A DNA stretch of 62,092 nt, filler included, from Choristocarpus tenellus KU-1152 (Eukaryota > Protista > Phaeophyceae): assembly GCA_964200185.2 (NCBI GenBank). It is 13 parts of 13 records of this genome, joined end to end, with 100 filler letters (N's around TTAATTAATTAA, not from the genome) between each part and the next. Parts side by side here need not be neighbours in the genome. Positions count along the whole stretch, not along the records: positions 49,183 to 53,833 come from CAXNAD020013631.1; positions 53,934 to 58,899 come from CAXNAD020012345.1; positions 59,000 to 62,092 come from CAXNAD020022371.1; 10 more parts are not named here. One strand, 5' to 3'. Below are positions 50,450 through 62,092 of the stretch, one piece after another; the stretch's first letter is position 1, and the number at the start of each line of letters is the position of its first letter. Under the pieces are notes generated by a model. The model saw only the letters and a program-made list of their open reading frames with translations, was not told the DNA's origin and did no database searches. Position numbers and translations under genes: made by a program.

Positions 50450-52130
50450 CTACCACACACTCAATCCCATTAAACAAGGAGTTAGTGAATACCTGTACCT
50501 GATGCATGTGAGTAAGTTGGTCACATGTCTACATGGAAGAGCCCTTGCATTGCATACACTCTCGTACACTTGAGCACTATGTCTACATACCTAGTTCTAC
50601 CACTGAACTCCTCAATTTTACCTGCCTGAATAGCTCAAAGGTTGTCTCCGAATGATGGGGTTGGTCCTTGATCCATACTAAGCTCCCTCAAAGTCCCTTT
50701 TAGGAAGATGCAATGGTGCCACCAGCAGTCCTCTTGATCTTGAACACGATTGTGGTCATTACGTCTTTGCATCCAGGCAGTAGATCTGTTGAGGTTTCTT
50801 TCATACATAAACCTTCAATCTCTTTTTGCCTCCCCTCTCTCCAACTCCACGTCAGATCTTGCAAGTGCTTTTTCAATATAGAGATGGGTTCTTGGTGACT
50901 TATTGAAATACCACCTACCATAACCATCAAGCACTATATATCGTAAGTGCTTGCTGTGAGTAGGTTGACGGCATCCTCGCCCATTTCTTCCCCATTCCCA
51001 AAGTACAGAACTCGTAGTCCACCCTGGGTTGCTTGTTGATCCTGGCAGACCAACTCTTCCTATCAGTAGTTGAGGGAGGTGTCGTTGGTATTGTGTCCCT
51101 ACGCGCTGATGTCTCTCGCGGTATCAAATCGACTTCATCATTGAAGCCCTCATAATACCGGAGTCTTCGTCTGTATGTCTTGTACTTGGTCTCATCTTCA
51201 GTCAAGGAAATTGTCTCTCGTTCCCCAACAGATTTCATGGTTTATGTATCTGACTCGAAGTCACTTTGTCCTATCACCAGCTTTGCATCTTGAGAGAGCC
51301 ATACGTAGCAACATAGAGATCTGCGCAGTACGATCATGTTGCTTGGGTTTTCCCCCTTGCGTATGGGTGAAACTTGGAAGCATTTCGCCTTAGTTTTTTT
51401 TTATGTGGTATTCACTCCCCCAGGTTCGTAGCCTGTCGTATTTGAAGGTTGTGAGTCAGGCGCTCGCTCGGAATTTTCCCCCCAACATATTCACATGGCA
51501 TGCCTCCTGATCTGAAGGTCACGTCTGTGAGGGCGAAGAACCAGTATTCGTCGTGCAGACCAGCAGTCACGAATTGACTACTCGGCTTCTCCACTTGCTA
51601 CCCTTATAGCCCGTTCCGCAATCCCATTGCTCTGGGGCGTTCGAGGCGGTGACTTCCTCCATCTAGTACGGTTGTTGACCAGCATTTGTTGAAAATTCAC
51701 TGTCTTTCCAAGTTCCACAGGTATTCCCACATCCCCACTTATGAGTTATATTGGTATGCATTCCCTAGTCTTCTCGTCGATGTAGGCAGCTTCTGCCTCC
51801 GTCGACGTGTCTCTTGTTTTCAAGCCGAAACCCTGTTGTCTCTGTTGCCTTCATCAACGAACATCTGGAAGTACTCGATCCCCTGGACATCTGCTTTGAA
51901 TGGCCCCAGATTGGAGTATATCACTTCACCTTACCTCTCTGGATTCCGACCACCCCAACAGTAGCCGAGTGCCTCAGATTTGCACTCTTTACAGGTCTTA
52001 CACCGAATTTCGGAAGTCATAGTAGCGTCAATGATCTCCAAACCTCCACGCTTCTCAAGCGTGCTTGATGGTTGAAAGGTTGATATGCTCAAGCGTGTAC
52101 CAATCCTTGGCTGTCACCTTTTTGTGGTTT
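50450..52130 (-). pseudogene. Degraded Copia integrase and start of RT
   Basis: DWYTLEHINL (pre-integrase), IYSNLGPFK...YFQMFVDE (rve core), PPRTPQSNGIAERAIR, EYWFFAL. Confidence 0.8.
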
Positions 52131-52689
52131 GTTGATGTGTACCAATAATAGTAGTAACATCTTGATTCTTCTGACGTTTTATTATGATTGAAGTTAGGTA
52201 TAAGAAAAAAATATTCTTGAGTACTCAAATGTATCATTAGAGAATACCTCTACTCAAATTCTCCCCCATATCAACGGAGGGTGGCCTACCCTCCATTTGT
52301 GTTGCTGTGTTAATTTGTTCCTCAGACGAACGTGTGACGAAGATACCCATCCTTTCTCTCCTCTTCTGTGCTTGATCCCTACACCACATGTCGGAATATT
52401 TTCTTAGCGCTTTGTTAACAGCTTTTATTTCGCCTGCCTAGATTATTTCATGCATTTAGATGAACATGTTCATAAAGCTGTTGACCAATAATCCTGCAAA
52501 GTCGTCCTGTATCTCACTTGCAACGGTCATAATGAGGTACTGCCGACGTTCCATGGTCAGGATGGGGTGCAGCAAGGCACAATGCTGTCCTTGGACCAAT
52601 GGTAAAATTGAAATGATGTTTTTTTCGCATTCTTAATCTGAGAGACCCCAGTCTCACGGTCGAAACGTAGCGAGAGGAAAGCAATACAA

Positions 52690-53230
52690 AATGTCTACCA
52701 TCTGTTCTCCTCTCCACCGAGCTTCCATTTTCCAGCTCAACCTCCCCAAAATATCAGTACCTTAGTAAGGCACTCATCTCCCATGCAAGCAACTGATCCC
52801 AGTAAATAGGAGCCTCTGCTTGTACAACGTTACCTTGATACTCTCACAACTAGTTTTCTCAAGAGCATATTTGTAGGACAGGACATGATTAGTGCGCTCC
52901 TGTGCACAGAAATCTATATACTGGAGGAGGAATATGTGGTAACATGAACGGAGTTTCAGATAACGAACCCTGGCGGAGTGTCCATGTCATCATAATCACA
53001 AAACAGAACTTTCTTGAAGTACTTTTGCCTTGAGCATTCGAATCTGAGACACCTGATGTCCTGTCATATAGCTCTATAATTTGTGAAAATAACTACTCCA
53101 AGCAGTCTGGATCCTCTGGCTGATCTCAGTAGTGATAGTGCCATCATCACTGATGGTTCTCCCAACATAAAATAAACGTACCAGTCGTTTTTTGTAGGTT
53201 TAGTCCAATGCCTGGAACTCCATGATTTCG
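52690..53230 (-). pseudogene. RTE-clade LINE ORF, C-terminal RT/thumb region, degraded
   Basis: FYVGRTISDDGTITTEISQRIQTAW, RMLKAKV, YLKLRSCYHIFLL, HVLSYKYALEKTSCESIKVTLYKQRLLFTG. Confidence 0.75.
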
Positions 53231-53933
53231 GAAGCTTGATTTAGGAGGCCAGAAACAAATGATATCTGTCTTTAATGTGGACACAATCAAACCAAGTGAT
53301 TTGTTTGCAAAAGAAAGCTATCAATAAAATCTGTAACTAGTACCACGTCAGTAATCCTCCGTCAATCCCCTTTCATCAAGCAATAAGAAATAAACCATTC
53401 AATTTTCGAACCTATTACTCTAAGCATACGAAAGCAAGTCCATGATACTTATTCGACTTAGTCAACATCTCTGTTGCCAAATAGAGGTCACTAAACACCT
53501 ATAAACCATATAGACTACCAGCCTATAACAGTGGATTTTTATAAATTAAGGATGGGGCGTACTATTGAGGATGGTTTTGACCGAAAATGGTGCGAAAAAA
53601 GTGCCGATATGTTTTTTTTGTAAATGTTGCGGCACTTTTTAAGGGCCCCTTTTTGAATGGGAATCCGTGCCGGATGTGGTAGTAGTACAGTGTGGGGGGG
53701 GCGGCAATGATTTCGTTTGATCGTCGTGCACATGTATGCCCTGCGTTGGATTGCTTGCTTGAATAATTAGTGCGGTTGGTGGAGTTGTTTGACTTTCGAT
53801 GGTGGATGCGGTAGAAAAAAATAGTACTTCGAANNNNNNNNNNNNNNNNNNNNNNNNNNNNNNNNNNNNNNNNNNNNTTAATTAATTAANNNNNNNNNNN
53901 NNNNNNNNNNNNNNNNNNNNNNNNNNNNNNNNN

Positions 53934-54088
53934 GGATGGAGCTTTTCATTGAGGATGGGCTTGACCCAAAATTGACTGGGATAAAGTGTCCATATGTTTT
54001 TTTAAAAAATGACTACGCGTAGTCAGTCAATTTTGGGTCAAGCCCATCCTCAATGAAAAGCTCCATCCTCAATTGTTGAAATCGGCTG
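53934..54088. mobile_element. Fold-back MITE family D (left end cut by contig start)
   Basis: ggatggagcttttcattgaggatgggcttgacccaaaattgactg is inverted at about 54023-54067; matching termini (C/T)AGCCGATTTCAAAAATTGAGGATGG at 21514 and 29675; related ends at 45136 and 53529. Confidence 0.85.
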
Positions 54089-54369
54089 TTTGATGGTGGT
54101 GAAACTGTGGATGCTAACACCAACTATGGAAATGACGACGGGGAGGATGAGACAACAAATAATGCCAACTGAAGAGATGGAGAACTTAGACGCCTCAAAA
54201 ATGGAAATGGTGATGATACCAACACCCCTCCCCATCAAACCAGATGCGGTAATAGCCAGCATACTCCTCCCAAAGCTGCTGTTTTTGACATGTCTGCTAA
54301 CCTTTTGACATGTTTATCTGTTTCCATAGATACTACCCTTGAGATGTATGCGAGTGATGATTCTATTAG

Positions 54370-56025
54370 AGTTTTAACGGAACCCAAGTCTGTAAGAGCA
54401 GCACGTAGCTATCCCGAATGTGATTTATGGGATCGAGCTAGATCAGAAGAGATGCCTGGTTTGTTGTTGAGTAATGTTTGGGTGGAGGCCGTATTACCCC
54501 CTGGACGCTGGGCAATAGGCATTAAAAGGATTCACAGGTGTAAGACTAACAAATTTGGTGAGGTAGTGAGATACAAGGCACGTTTGGTAGCAAAAGGTTT
54601 TCGAGCTAAAGCATCTTAGAGGGTAGGGCCGCGTTCATTTGGGGACCAAAATCCAATGTTCGGATTTGGATCTAATTTTGGGCTATTGTGTTTGCTAGGA
54701 AGTGTCAATATCCTTATTCCAGACACACCTTTTTATAACGTACACATTTTACCTACCCCGAAATATTTTTGAGTAGGAAAATGTCATTAAAAAACATGGG
54801 AAGCGAAGCCCCAAATGGCAAAGAGGGCAAAACTCGCACCCTCTAAGATGCTTTCACTCTTTCGACAGATTGAAGTTTTAGATTGACAAGATACCTTTGC
54901 TTCAAAAACACTGTCGCCTGCGTCTTTGAAAATGGTTTTAGCATTAGCTGCGGACAAGGATTGTGAATTGAAGCATTGGGATGTCAAGCAAGCTCTTCTC
55001 TAGGCAGATATTAGAGAAGAGGTTTTTGTGCGTTTATGTGATGGATGTGGTATATGGTAAGGAAAGATTGTGCATTTAGTTAAAGCTGTTTATAGCACCA
55101 AACAGGCTAGCAGGGAGTTTATCAATTTGTTGGTGCACGTTTTGGAATGATGCGGTTTTGAGCAATGCAGAGCAGATCCCTGTGTGTTACGCAATGTAAG
55201 AGATGGCGTTGTTTGTGCTGTGATAGCCCCTCCACATTGATGATCTTATGGTAGCTGGTATAAATGATGTTTTGATGTGGGTTTGCTCTAAGATTAAAGG
55301 GCAGTTTTCTATAGAAGATTTTGGTGACTTGAATACTATAGGGTTGTGAGATTTCACGTGACAGAATTGCACAGACAGTAATAATCAGTTAAAGCAAGCA
55401 AGTTAAGAATATTTGTCAAATATTTGGTATGGATGGGCAAAGAAGAGGGCGGTGAAGCATGATCTCTCAAGGAGTTTAGATAGGAGTGGGGATCATCCAG
55501 TGTTGATGAAAATATACGTACTGAGAGGCAGGTGGTAGTTTGATGTGGGCAGCTGCTATCACAAGGCTAGACATTGCAAATGCAGTTCATGAGGTCGCCA
55601 CGTATAATAGTAACTCCAAAGCCACACATTGGCGTGCAGTTAAGTGTATTGTTATATATTTGAATATGTGCCCCAGTATTGGGTTGAGTTTTGGTGGTTT
55701 TGATACTGAGTGTGAGTTGAGTGCATATGCTGATGTTAGTTATGCTAGAGACTGGATTGAATGCAGATCAGTGACTGAAGGAGCAATATCTTCGATGCCA
55801 AAGGTACAAAAGGTTGTAGCTCTGTCTTTCGCGGGGAGTGAGGGTTAGCCCTTAGCAGTGTGGCACAGGAATTGCTTTTCTTGAGAATTGTTTTTGACTT
55901 TATTCAGCCACAGTTTCCTAGGCGTTGCATTGACATGTTTGAAGATAACGATGGTGCATGCAAACTAGTATGAAAGGCCACAAGCTCTACTAGAACAAAG
56001 CACATTGATGTCCGACACCATTAAG
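54370..56025 (+). pseudogene. Copia RT-RNase H, degraded, interrupted by MITE A
   Basis: EPKSV, GEVVRYKARLVAKGF|RQ, HWDVKQALL, ADPCV, HIDDL, TRLDIANAV, AYADVSYA, FEDNDGA, RTKHIDVRHH. Confidence 0.92.
54603..54859 (-). mobile_element. MITE family A inserted in Copia RT
   Basis: TTTC on both flanks; removing the element plus one TTTC restores AAA GGT TTT CGA CAG ATT (KGFRQI). Confidence 0.93.
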
Positions 56026-56156
56026 ATGCGACGTTTTTAATGAACATGTAAGGAAACATGTGTGTTGTATTTTTTTCTTTGGTTGGTGTGATTGTTTGAG
56101 AGTTAATAGTTGCTTTCCAGAAAGGATGTCGAATAACCTAGTGTTATCCTTACATT

Positions 56157-56856
56157 TTTATTATTATGCCCTTTGATATTTTGCAGATGTGCCAGGAGGA
56201 AAAACTAACCCTAACCCTTATTCACATATCTGAAAAATCTCTAAAAAGTATCAGTTATCATACAAATGACAAACTTTAACCTATTTCCTGTTTTACTACC
56301 ACATATCTATGTTGTACCACTGCCTTCCTGTGTCCCAAACCTATTCCTGCACCCCAGGATGAGGAGATAGGGAAGTATCCTGCGAATCTAATAATCCCCT
56401 CCTCACCCATCTCCCTGGTGACTCCCGCTTAAAGCGCATGACGCGTCTAGACAGTGCCACCTATGTTGTTACCGATACTATTTGATATAGGTGGGATTTG
56501 ACCGCCCCTTCCCTGCCGTAGCCTCCAGCTCCTCTCTCCCCTACCGCGTGTGTAGCCAGCTCATCCAGAAAACGTTACACTTGCTTGCCGAATGTTGAGG
56601 TTATAACTACTAGGGTCAAAAGAGCCCTCTCGTAGTTGGTGCGCTTTCGTGCCTCAGCTGCAGCAGCAACTACAACATTGCTGGTGGATGAGTGTGGGAG
56701 GTGGCCTGTACTTCCGCGAAAGTAACATCGAGGAGAAGACCTTTGTCCCGATATGGGGCTGATCCTGCGTCTGCAAGGGCCCCTGCATAGAAGACCAGAT
56801 CCATGCGGAAATTGTTGTCCACTGTGAAGGGGCTACCATCCTCCATAGTGCAAGGG
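56157..56856 (-). mobile_element. 5'-truncated CRE-like LINE with 11-bp TSD
   Basis: MEDGSPFTVDNNFRMDLVF...GLLLDVTFAEVQA; ATCCTTACATT at 56146-56156 and 56857-56867. Confidence 0.92.
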
Positions 56857-57079
56857 ATCCTTACATTGTATGTGCTGATACAAGCAAATAACATAGTTTT
56901 CATGTACGTTTACCTTTGGTTTGTTATAATTCAAGGTTGTGACGTACAAAACAGTAGGAGTAGCGGTATGATGAGTCAGGGGAGGGGGGGTCTACACTAG
57001 GGGTGTCCATTTGGACCCTGACCAAAAAAGTTCACTTACATTGTCCATCCGACACATGCTGCCAAATCACCAAAAAATT

Positions 57080-57333
57080 GAGTCAAAGTATCTTAGAGGG
57101 TAGAGCCGCGTCCATTTGGGGTCAAAATCCAACGTTGCAGTTTTGACGCAATTTTGATTACCGTGTTCGTTAGGAAGTGTCAATATCCTTGTTTCGAACA
57201 CACACACCTCTTCATAACATACACATTTACCTCAGAAATTTCGGAGCAGGAAAAAGTAATAAAAAACTCTGTGAAGCCAAGCCCCAAACAGACAAACGGA
57301 GCAAAACCTGTACCCTCTAAGATACTTTCACGC
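57080..57333 (-). mobile_element. MITE family A nested in a MITE family B copy (about 56980-57390)
   Basis: TIRs intact except one base; flanks AATT / AAAT; excision restores the family B motif caaaaaattgcga. Confidence 0.88.
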
Positions 57334-57490
57334 AAATGCGAGGTGAAAAAATGGGCCCCAAATGGACAGCAGGCACCTCCCGCAGATACTGATATTCATA
57401 TGTCAGTATTTATTCGTTGGCCAGTGATATTGGACAACTTCGCAATAGGCGACGAGCCTTGTGCAAATTACCTTGGGAGGTAATGCTATT

Positions 57491-57802
57491 TGTCAGTAGT
57501 GAAGATAAGAAGATGTGAAGCCTCACACGACCCCTTTCGCTAAACGTGAAAATAATGGATGGTTGAAATTAGAAGAGTGACCTTTGTGGGGTGTCTTCTC
57601 ATTGCTTGTTTATTATTATTTGTGCTTCCTACAGAAGTCAACAATTAAATCAAAGTAGTTGAATTCAAATAAAAAAACCTATACATATTCCATTCATAAT
57701 TCTGATGTACTTCCTCATTAGTTACATCGCATGGACTCAATCAAAGTGACTATCTCTCATACACAAAATGAGGTACACCTCACTACTGTCCTATTTCGCA
57801 CA
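57491..57802 (-). mobile_element. Copia 3' LTR (family L1)
   Basis: On the minus strand follows PPT GGGGGAG, starts TGTGCG and ends GACA; boundary confirmed by the partial copy at 59000-59052. Confidence 0.85.
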
Positions 57803-58009
57803 CTCCCCCATGAGAGTGCAGGCAATGAAAGAGTTGTTGGAACTATCAAACCTAAAACATCTTATTGTGTAACGCTCCCCATCCTGCACACTCCCCCATG
57901 AGAATGCAAGTAAAAGACGTCAGATTGGTTCAATTCTCACACACATCACATTTATCTTGTCAACACAATAAAAGAACGCAGATTACTTCAAGTTTAACAC
58001 ACGACATTC

Positions 58010-58847
58010 ATCTAGTCAACACAGTGTCTACAAAGTCTTCTACCTGCTTCTTGCGTAATCTATTGGTCAAGATGTCTGCTAGTTGTAGTGTTGTGGGTAT
58101 ATACTTCACTCTAATAAATCCTTTATTGACATACTACCTGTTGCATTTCAGCTTGATGCTTGATGCCTTGTTCTACCGTTGAAGCCTTCAGCTATTGCTG
58201 TTTGGATCGCACCTCGATTGTCTCCATACCAAATCGTGATCCCTTTGAGTATGCCCAGCTCCCCCAGGATGCCTCTGAGGAATATTGCATGCCTCATTCC
58301 ATGCATCATCGCTGTCCATTCTGCCTCTGATGAAGATATGGTTACAGCTCCTTGCATCTTGGATTTCCATGCAATTGGTGCTCCATTCATGAGTATCAGA
58401 TACCCTGTCACGCTTCGCCTTGATGCAGTGTCATTGCCCCAGTCTGAGTCTCCACACCCGACCAGGCCCCCATTGTCGATTTCACCACCAGCAGGATTGT
58501 GTATCCCTATTTTTGTGGTGCCCGCCAGGTATCGCAGAACATGTTGTAGTCCTTTCCAGCGTCTATCGCATGGAGATGTTGCATATCTTCCCAGTTCCCA
58601 CACATTGTTGGATAGGTCTGATCGTGTCATCCCGGCGAGGAACATAAGTTTCCCCAGGATGGTGCAGTAAGGTTTGTGCCTCTGGTCCAGCTCCTCCTCG
58701 TCAGTTCTTCTTGCGGTCAGGTCCATTCCTGGGTTTAAAGGTGATGAGGTACTCCGTACTTCTGTGCATCCCATTCCCTCTCGAACAATGCTCTCTGCAT
58801 AGAAATGTTGGTCTAGTGTGATGCCAGCCTCATCCTTGTTGATTGCC
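58010..58847 (-). pseudogene. Copia RT C-terminus and RNase H
   Basis: YCTILGKLMFLAGMTRSDL, VLRYLAGT, GDSDWGND, RRSVTGY, IAWKSKMQ, SSSEAEW, GDNRGAI, QLADILT; frameshift near 58160; MITE B end at 58848-58899. Confidence 0.95.
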
Positions 58848-59129
58848 GGCTCAAAGTATCTGGGAGGGGGTGCCGGTTGTCCATTTGGGGTCAATTTTTN
58901 NNNNNNNNNNNNNNNNNNNNNNNNNNNNNNNNNNNNNNNNNNNTTAATTAATTAANNNNNNNNNNNNNNNNNNNNNNNNNNNNNNNNNNNNNNNNNNNNT
59001 AATCTCATATACACAAAATAAGGTACACCTCACTATTGTCCTATTTTGCACAATTCCGACAGGTCAATCGTACTGGGAGTCAAGTTACTTATGCCTCCCA
59101 TATAGCAGTATACTTGATATCGCCCGACA

Positions 59130-59260
59130 CTGTGCACCACAAGCGACTCTCTCGACACGCGTCATGCGTTACAAGGTATGGACACCAGGCAGTTGGGCAA
59201 GAAGGGGCCTGACAGATTCTTCTGATGGTTCATTTGTTCCTCGCCAACCAACGTAGGTTA
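59130..59260 (+). mobile_element. CRE-like LINE fragment
   Basis: ctcgacacgcgtcatgcgttacaagg...ggacaccaggc...gggcaagaaggggcctg resembles 19525-19620. Confidence 0.65.
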
Positions 59261-61527
59261 GAATCATAGAGAGTGTACACATTTCGTTTTCCCTGACACG
59301 TTTATTTTCGGAGATTATATATTAGTAATAATACCTCTGATCTTGTAACCCGAGTTCCTACAACGAATATGTCGTTCGCACAACTTCACATCGTTTGCCA
59401 TCTACCTGACTTTCAAAACGACTTCACCCCCATTACCGTTGCAGCGCCTCTAAGAAAAAAGTTTTCGAGAACTCTCAAGGAGTGTTCCTACCTCTCAATA
59501 TACTTCCCTCAAAACGATGTTTTATTAGTTTATGTACGTACATAGCAAATTATACCAGAGTTTGTCGCTGGCTCTTTCTTACTCCGAATGTTTACTTTCG
59601 TGTTCTGAACTATGGTACATACACCATAAAAAATAGCGATTCAAATCATAGAGGTCTATATCATAGAGGTCTATATTATATACAAGTATAAAATAAGGGA
59701 AGAAAATATACTCTATAGCGCTCGAAAAGTAACTGGTCCAAAAGCAACAGTCTTACAAAAGTAGTACTACAACTGTTGGGTATTTTGGTTTTGGTGAGGG
59801 TTGTAAGCGGTCCCGTTGCCGACTTCATATCGCTGTTGGACGTGACCTCCACAGAAAAAGCAGGAGTGCCACCGACACTCTCAGTAGGACACTCGACTGA
59901 ATTTAACAGGCTATGGTTCAGCATAGCTCCCGGAGACGGGGAACGAAGCGCCATGGTCGGTTTGCTGGTGGGAATGGGAGTGGAAGGAGTCAGTTTCTTC
60001 CATTCCTCACTTGCTTTCTCATGACTGTACTGGTCGCCAGTGTCTATGGAGTAATATCAATCTACGCAGTGGAGAGTGATGAAGGAAATGGTAGCCTCAA
60101 TGGCCAGTCAGCAGGTGGCCTGGAGACAGAACCGATTGCTAGGCGAAACACTGAAACCTTTCAAACTGATACGGTCCCAGTCTCTTTCCTCAAGTTGCGA
60201 CCTGGTTCGCGCACTAATATTCTTGATGTCCAGGTGAGATTATTGACCTTGCCCCTGGAAATCTGTGTATGCGATATAGTTCCTGTATCCTGACCTAAAC
60301 GACGCTTTCCTTGTTGGCAGTTGCTTAGGTCATCTATGGTGAGATAGCCTTCTGCGGTGAGTTAGCTTCCAGAGGGCACAAGTGGGGACAGAGAGGGGGT
60401 GTAGATATAGCTTCCCCACAGTACGCCACCGGCCAATCTGATGGCTTATACTATCAAACTACGATATCATTAACCCAGGTAAGGAAATGACTCCCTTACT
60501 CAGGTGAAGTAGAACTTCATACGAAACACAACAGTGAAGTCCTTCTGCTTCTTACGCATCGAATGCGCATTCTTCGAATGTTTAGATCACTGGCACTGAC
60601 GTGAACCAGTGGTGCGTTTCTGTGGACTGAGTCTCGTTTGACTGGCGTCAGCAATATGAGAGGTAAGTACAGTCCTCTGGCGTGTCGTGAGCGAGTCGTC
60701 ACCTCATATGGGACTGTGTTTGATTTTCTCCACAGACGAGAAAATGATTGATCCTGAGATCCCTTTTCTAATCGAACTGTGCTTGGTGCACCTTACTTCT
60801 CCGATGCCTCTTCCAAGCAGCAATTTTGCGACCGAACCCGGTTTCGCATCGATCTCACCCCTACATGTTCAGTCAAGACAACGGCAACCTGCTTGTGTAA
60901 GGGATTCATGAAGTTGTTATCATTACATAAAGATTCTATTGATAGCCGTTGTCCTTGAAATTTATAGAGGTTGAAGACGTAAAATTCTCATGGCTCTCAC
61001 TCAATGTTTCCGTACACTTGTGCCCAGTTGAGGGGGACACAAGAGTAGTGCCTCACGTTAAACGGAGAGTATTCTTGAAGCACTCCAAAGTTTTCTTGAA
61101 GCGCTCCAAAGTTCCTAATATTTACTCCGCGACTTCAACAAACTAAAGCAGTAGAGGCGCCCCCAACGTATTTGAACATATCAGAATGCTCACGAAATGA
61201 TGAATACTTTCTTGAGGGGTGGTGAATTGATCTTTCTGCAGTGAGAAATAAGCTGGCTCTCACTCATGCCAAATGTGGTCGTATGTCTAGCATGTGCGGC
61301 AGGCAGGGTGTCAGTCGTAAGAATGCATACCGCACACTGAGTGTGGATCATTTGCACACACGCCTCAGGTGACACACTGCATGTCTGTGTTGGCTCAGAA
61401 TTACTTGCCTTTGGTGGAAGAAGAGATAGAAGGAGCGCCGTCGAACGGCGCATTGTAGCCCCCTCTAGCCCCGGAAGAGTATCTTTTGTCGTCGTTGTTG
61501 TTTGAGATGACGTTTCTAGAGAGGTGT

Positions 61528-61713
61528 GGACACAGCGTTATCTGTCCTTTATGTTCACGGACACGGCCTTATTTGTCCTTGATGTTCATGGACACGGCGT
61601 TATCTATCCTTGATGTTCACGGACACGGCGTTATCTGTCCTTGATGTTCACGGACACGGCCTTATCTGTCCTTGATGTTCACGGACACGGCCTTATTTGT
61701 CCTTGGTGTTAAC
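61528..61713 (+). repeat. Tandem repeat, 31 bp x 6
   Basis: Consensus ggacacggc(g/c)ttat(c/t)tgtccttgatgttcac at 61528, 61559, 61590, 61621, 61652 and 61683. Confidence 0.97.
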
Positions 61714-62092
61714 TACGAGAATGTCTCTCACCAAAAGCACACATAAATTTTGGAGTATACATGGACATCTCTACCTTTTTTCGGTCTCCCTCACAAAACT
61801 CTCCACGGTGAACACCTTGGGGGTGTGTGCAACTGTTTGGTGTGGACAGAGACGGGCCCAATGCAACCCTCAGGCTCTTCCCTGCAGAGACTTGCGTGTG
61901 TGGAGTGTATGCAACTGTGTTCTGGCGCTGGCTCTGGAAGGCTCTGGAGCGTCCCGTAGTGCTGAACAAACCAACATGAGCATAGATTGAAAGAAGTAAT
62001 GGCAGCAAGTACAAGAGGTCACAGTAATAAACCCGAGCTAAGGACGGATTTCCCCTTTCCCCCCCCCCCCCCCCCCCCTTTTTTTTTTGTTT

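Larger units (their letters stand above)
56127..57470 (+). mobile_element. Copia 3' LTR (family L2) split by nested insertions
   Basis: Segments 56127-56156, about 56868-56978 and about 57400-57460 are colinear with 40025-40290. Confidence 0.7.

Noticed and set aside
58179-58670. 163-aa plus-strand ORF
   Set aside because: Antisense shadow of the Copia RNase H.
59676-61453. HMG-box or other host gene
   Set aside because: Only EEWKKLTP is suggestive; frames are interrupted and no exon structure could be built.

Overview
This is not one locus. It is 13 short contigs (about 2.6-9.7 kb) joined by artificial 100-nt spacers (N44-TTAATTAATTAA-N44). The DNA is from a repeat-rich, intron-rich eukaryote. 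A stramenopile, most plausibly a brown alga or close relative, is inferred from the LRR N-cap exon, the RTE/CRE-type LINEs and the TTAGGG repeats. Recognisable host exons: PPTC7-like PP2C, WDR44-like WD40 (two exons joined in frame), MCM2, and the first two exons of an LRR gene with an MGxxxS N-myristoylation motif. The rest is mostly transposon debris: Copia (gag, integrase, RT/RNase H, two LTR families), a Gypsy RT fragment, an RTE LINE, many 5'-truncated CRE-like (restriction-like endonuclease) LINEs, several MITE families, and possible KDZ/Zisupton relics. I see no intact novel multi-gene system, CRISPR array or RNA gene. The most interesting signals are a group of MITE families sharing a G....AAAGTATCT terminus with 3- or 4-bp TSDs, abundant short telomeric patches that appear to replace sequence inside repeats, CpG decay across TE copies, a Stowaway-like MITE, and a weak Fanzor/TnpB-like relic. 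All family assignments come from motif recognition by eye; no database search was run.
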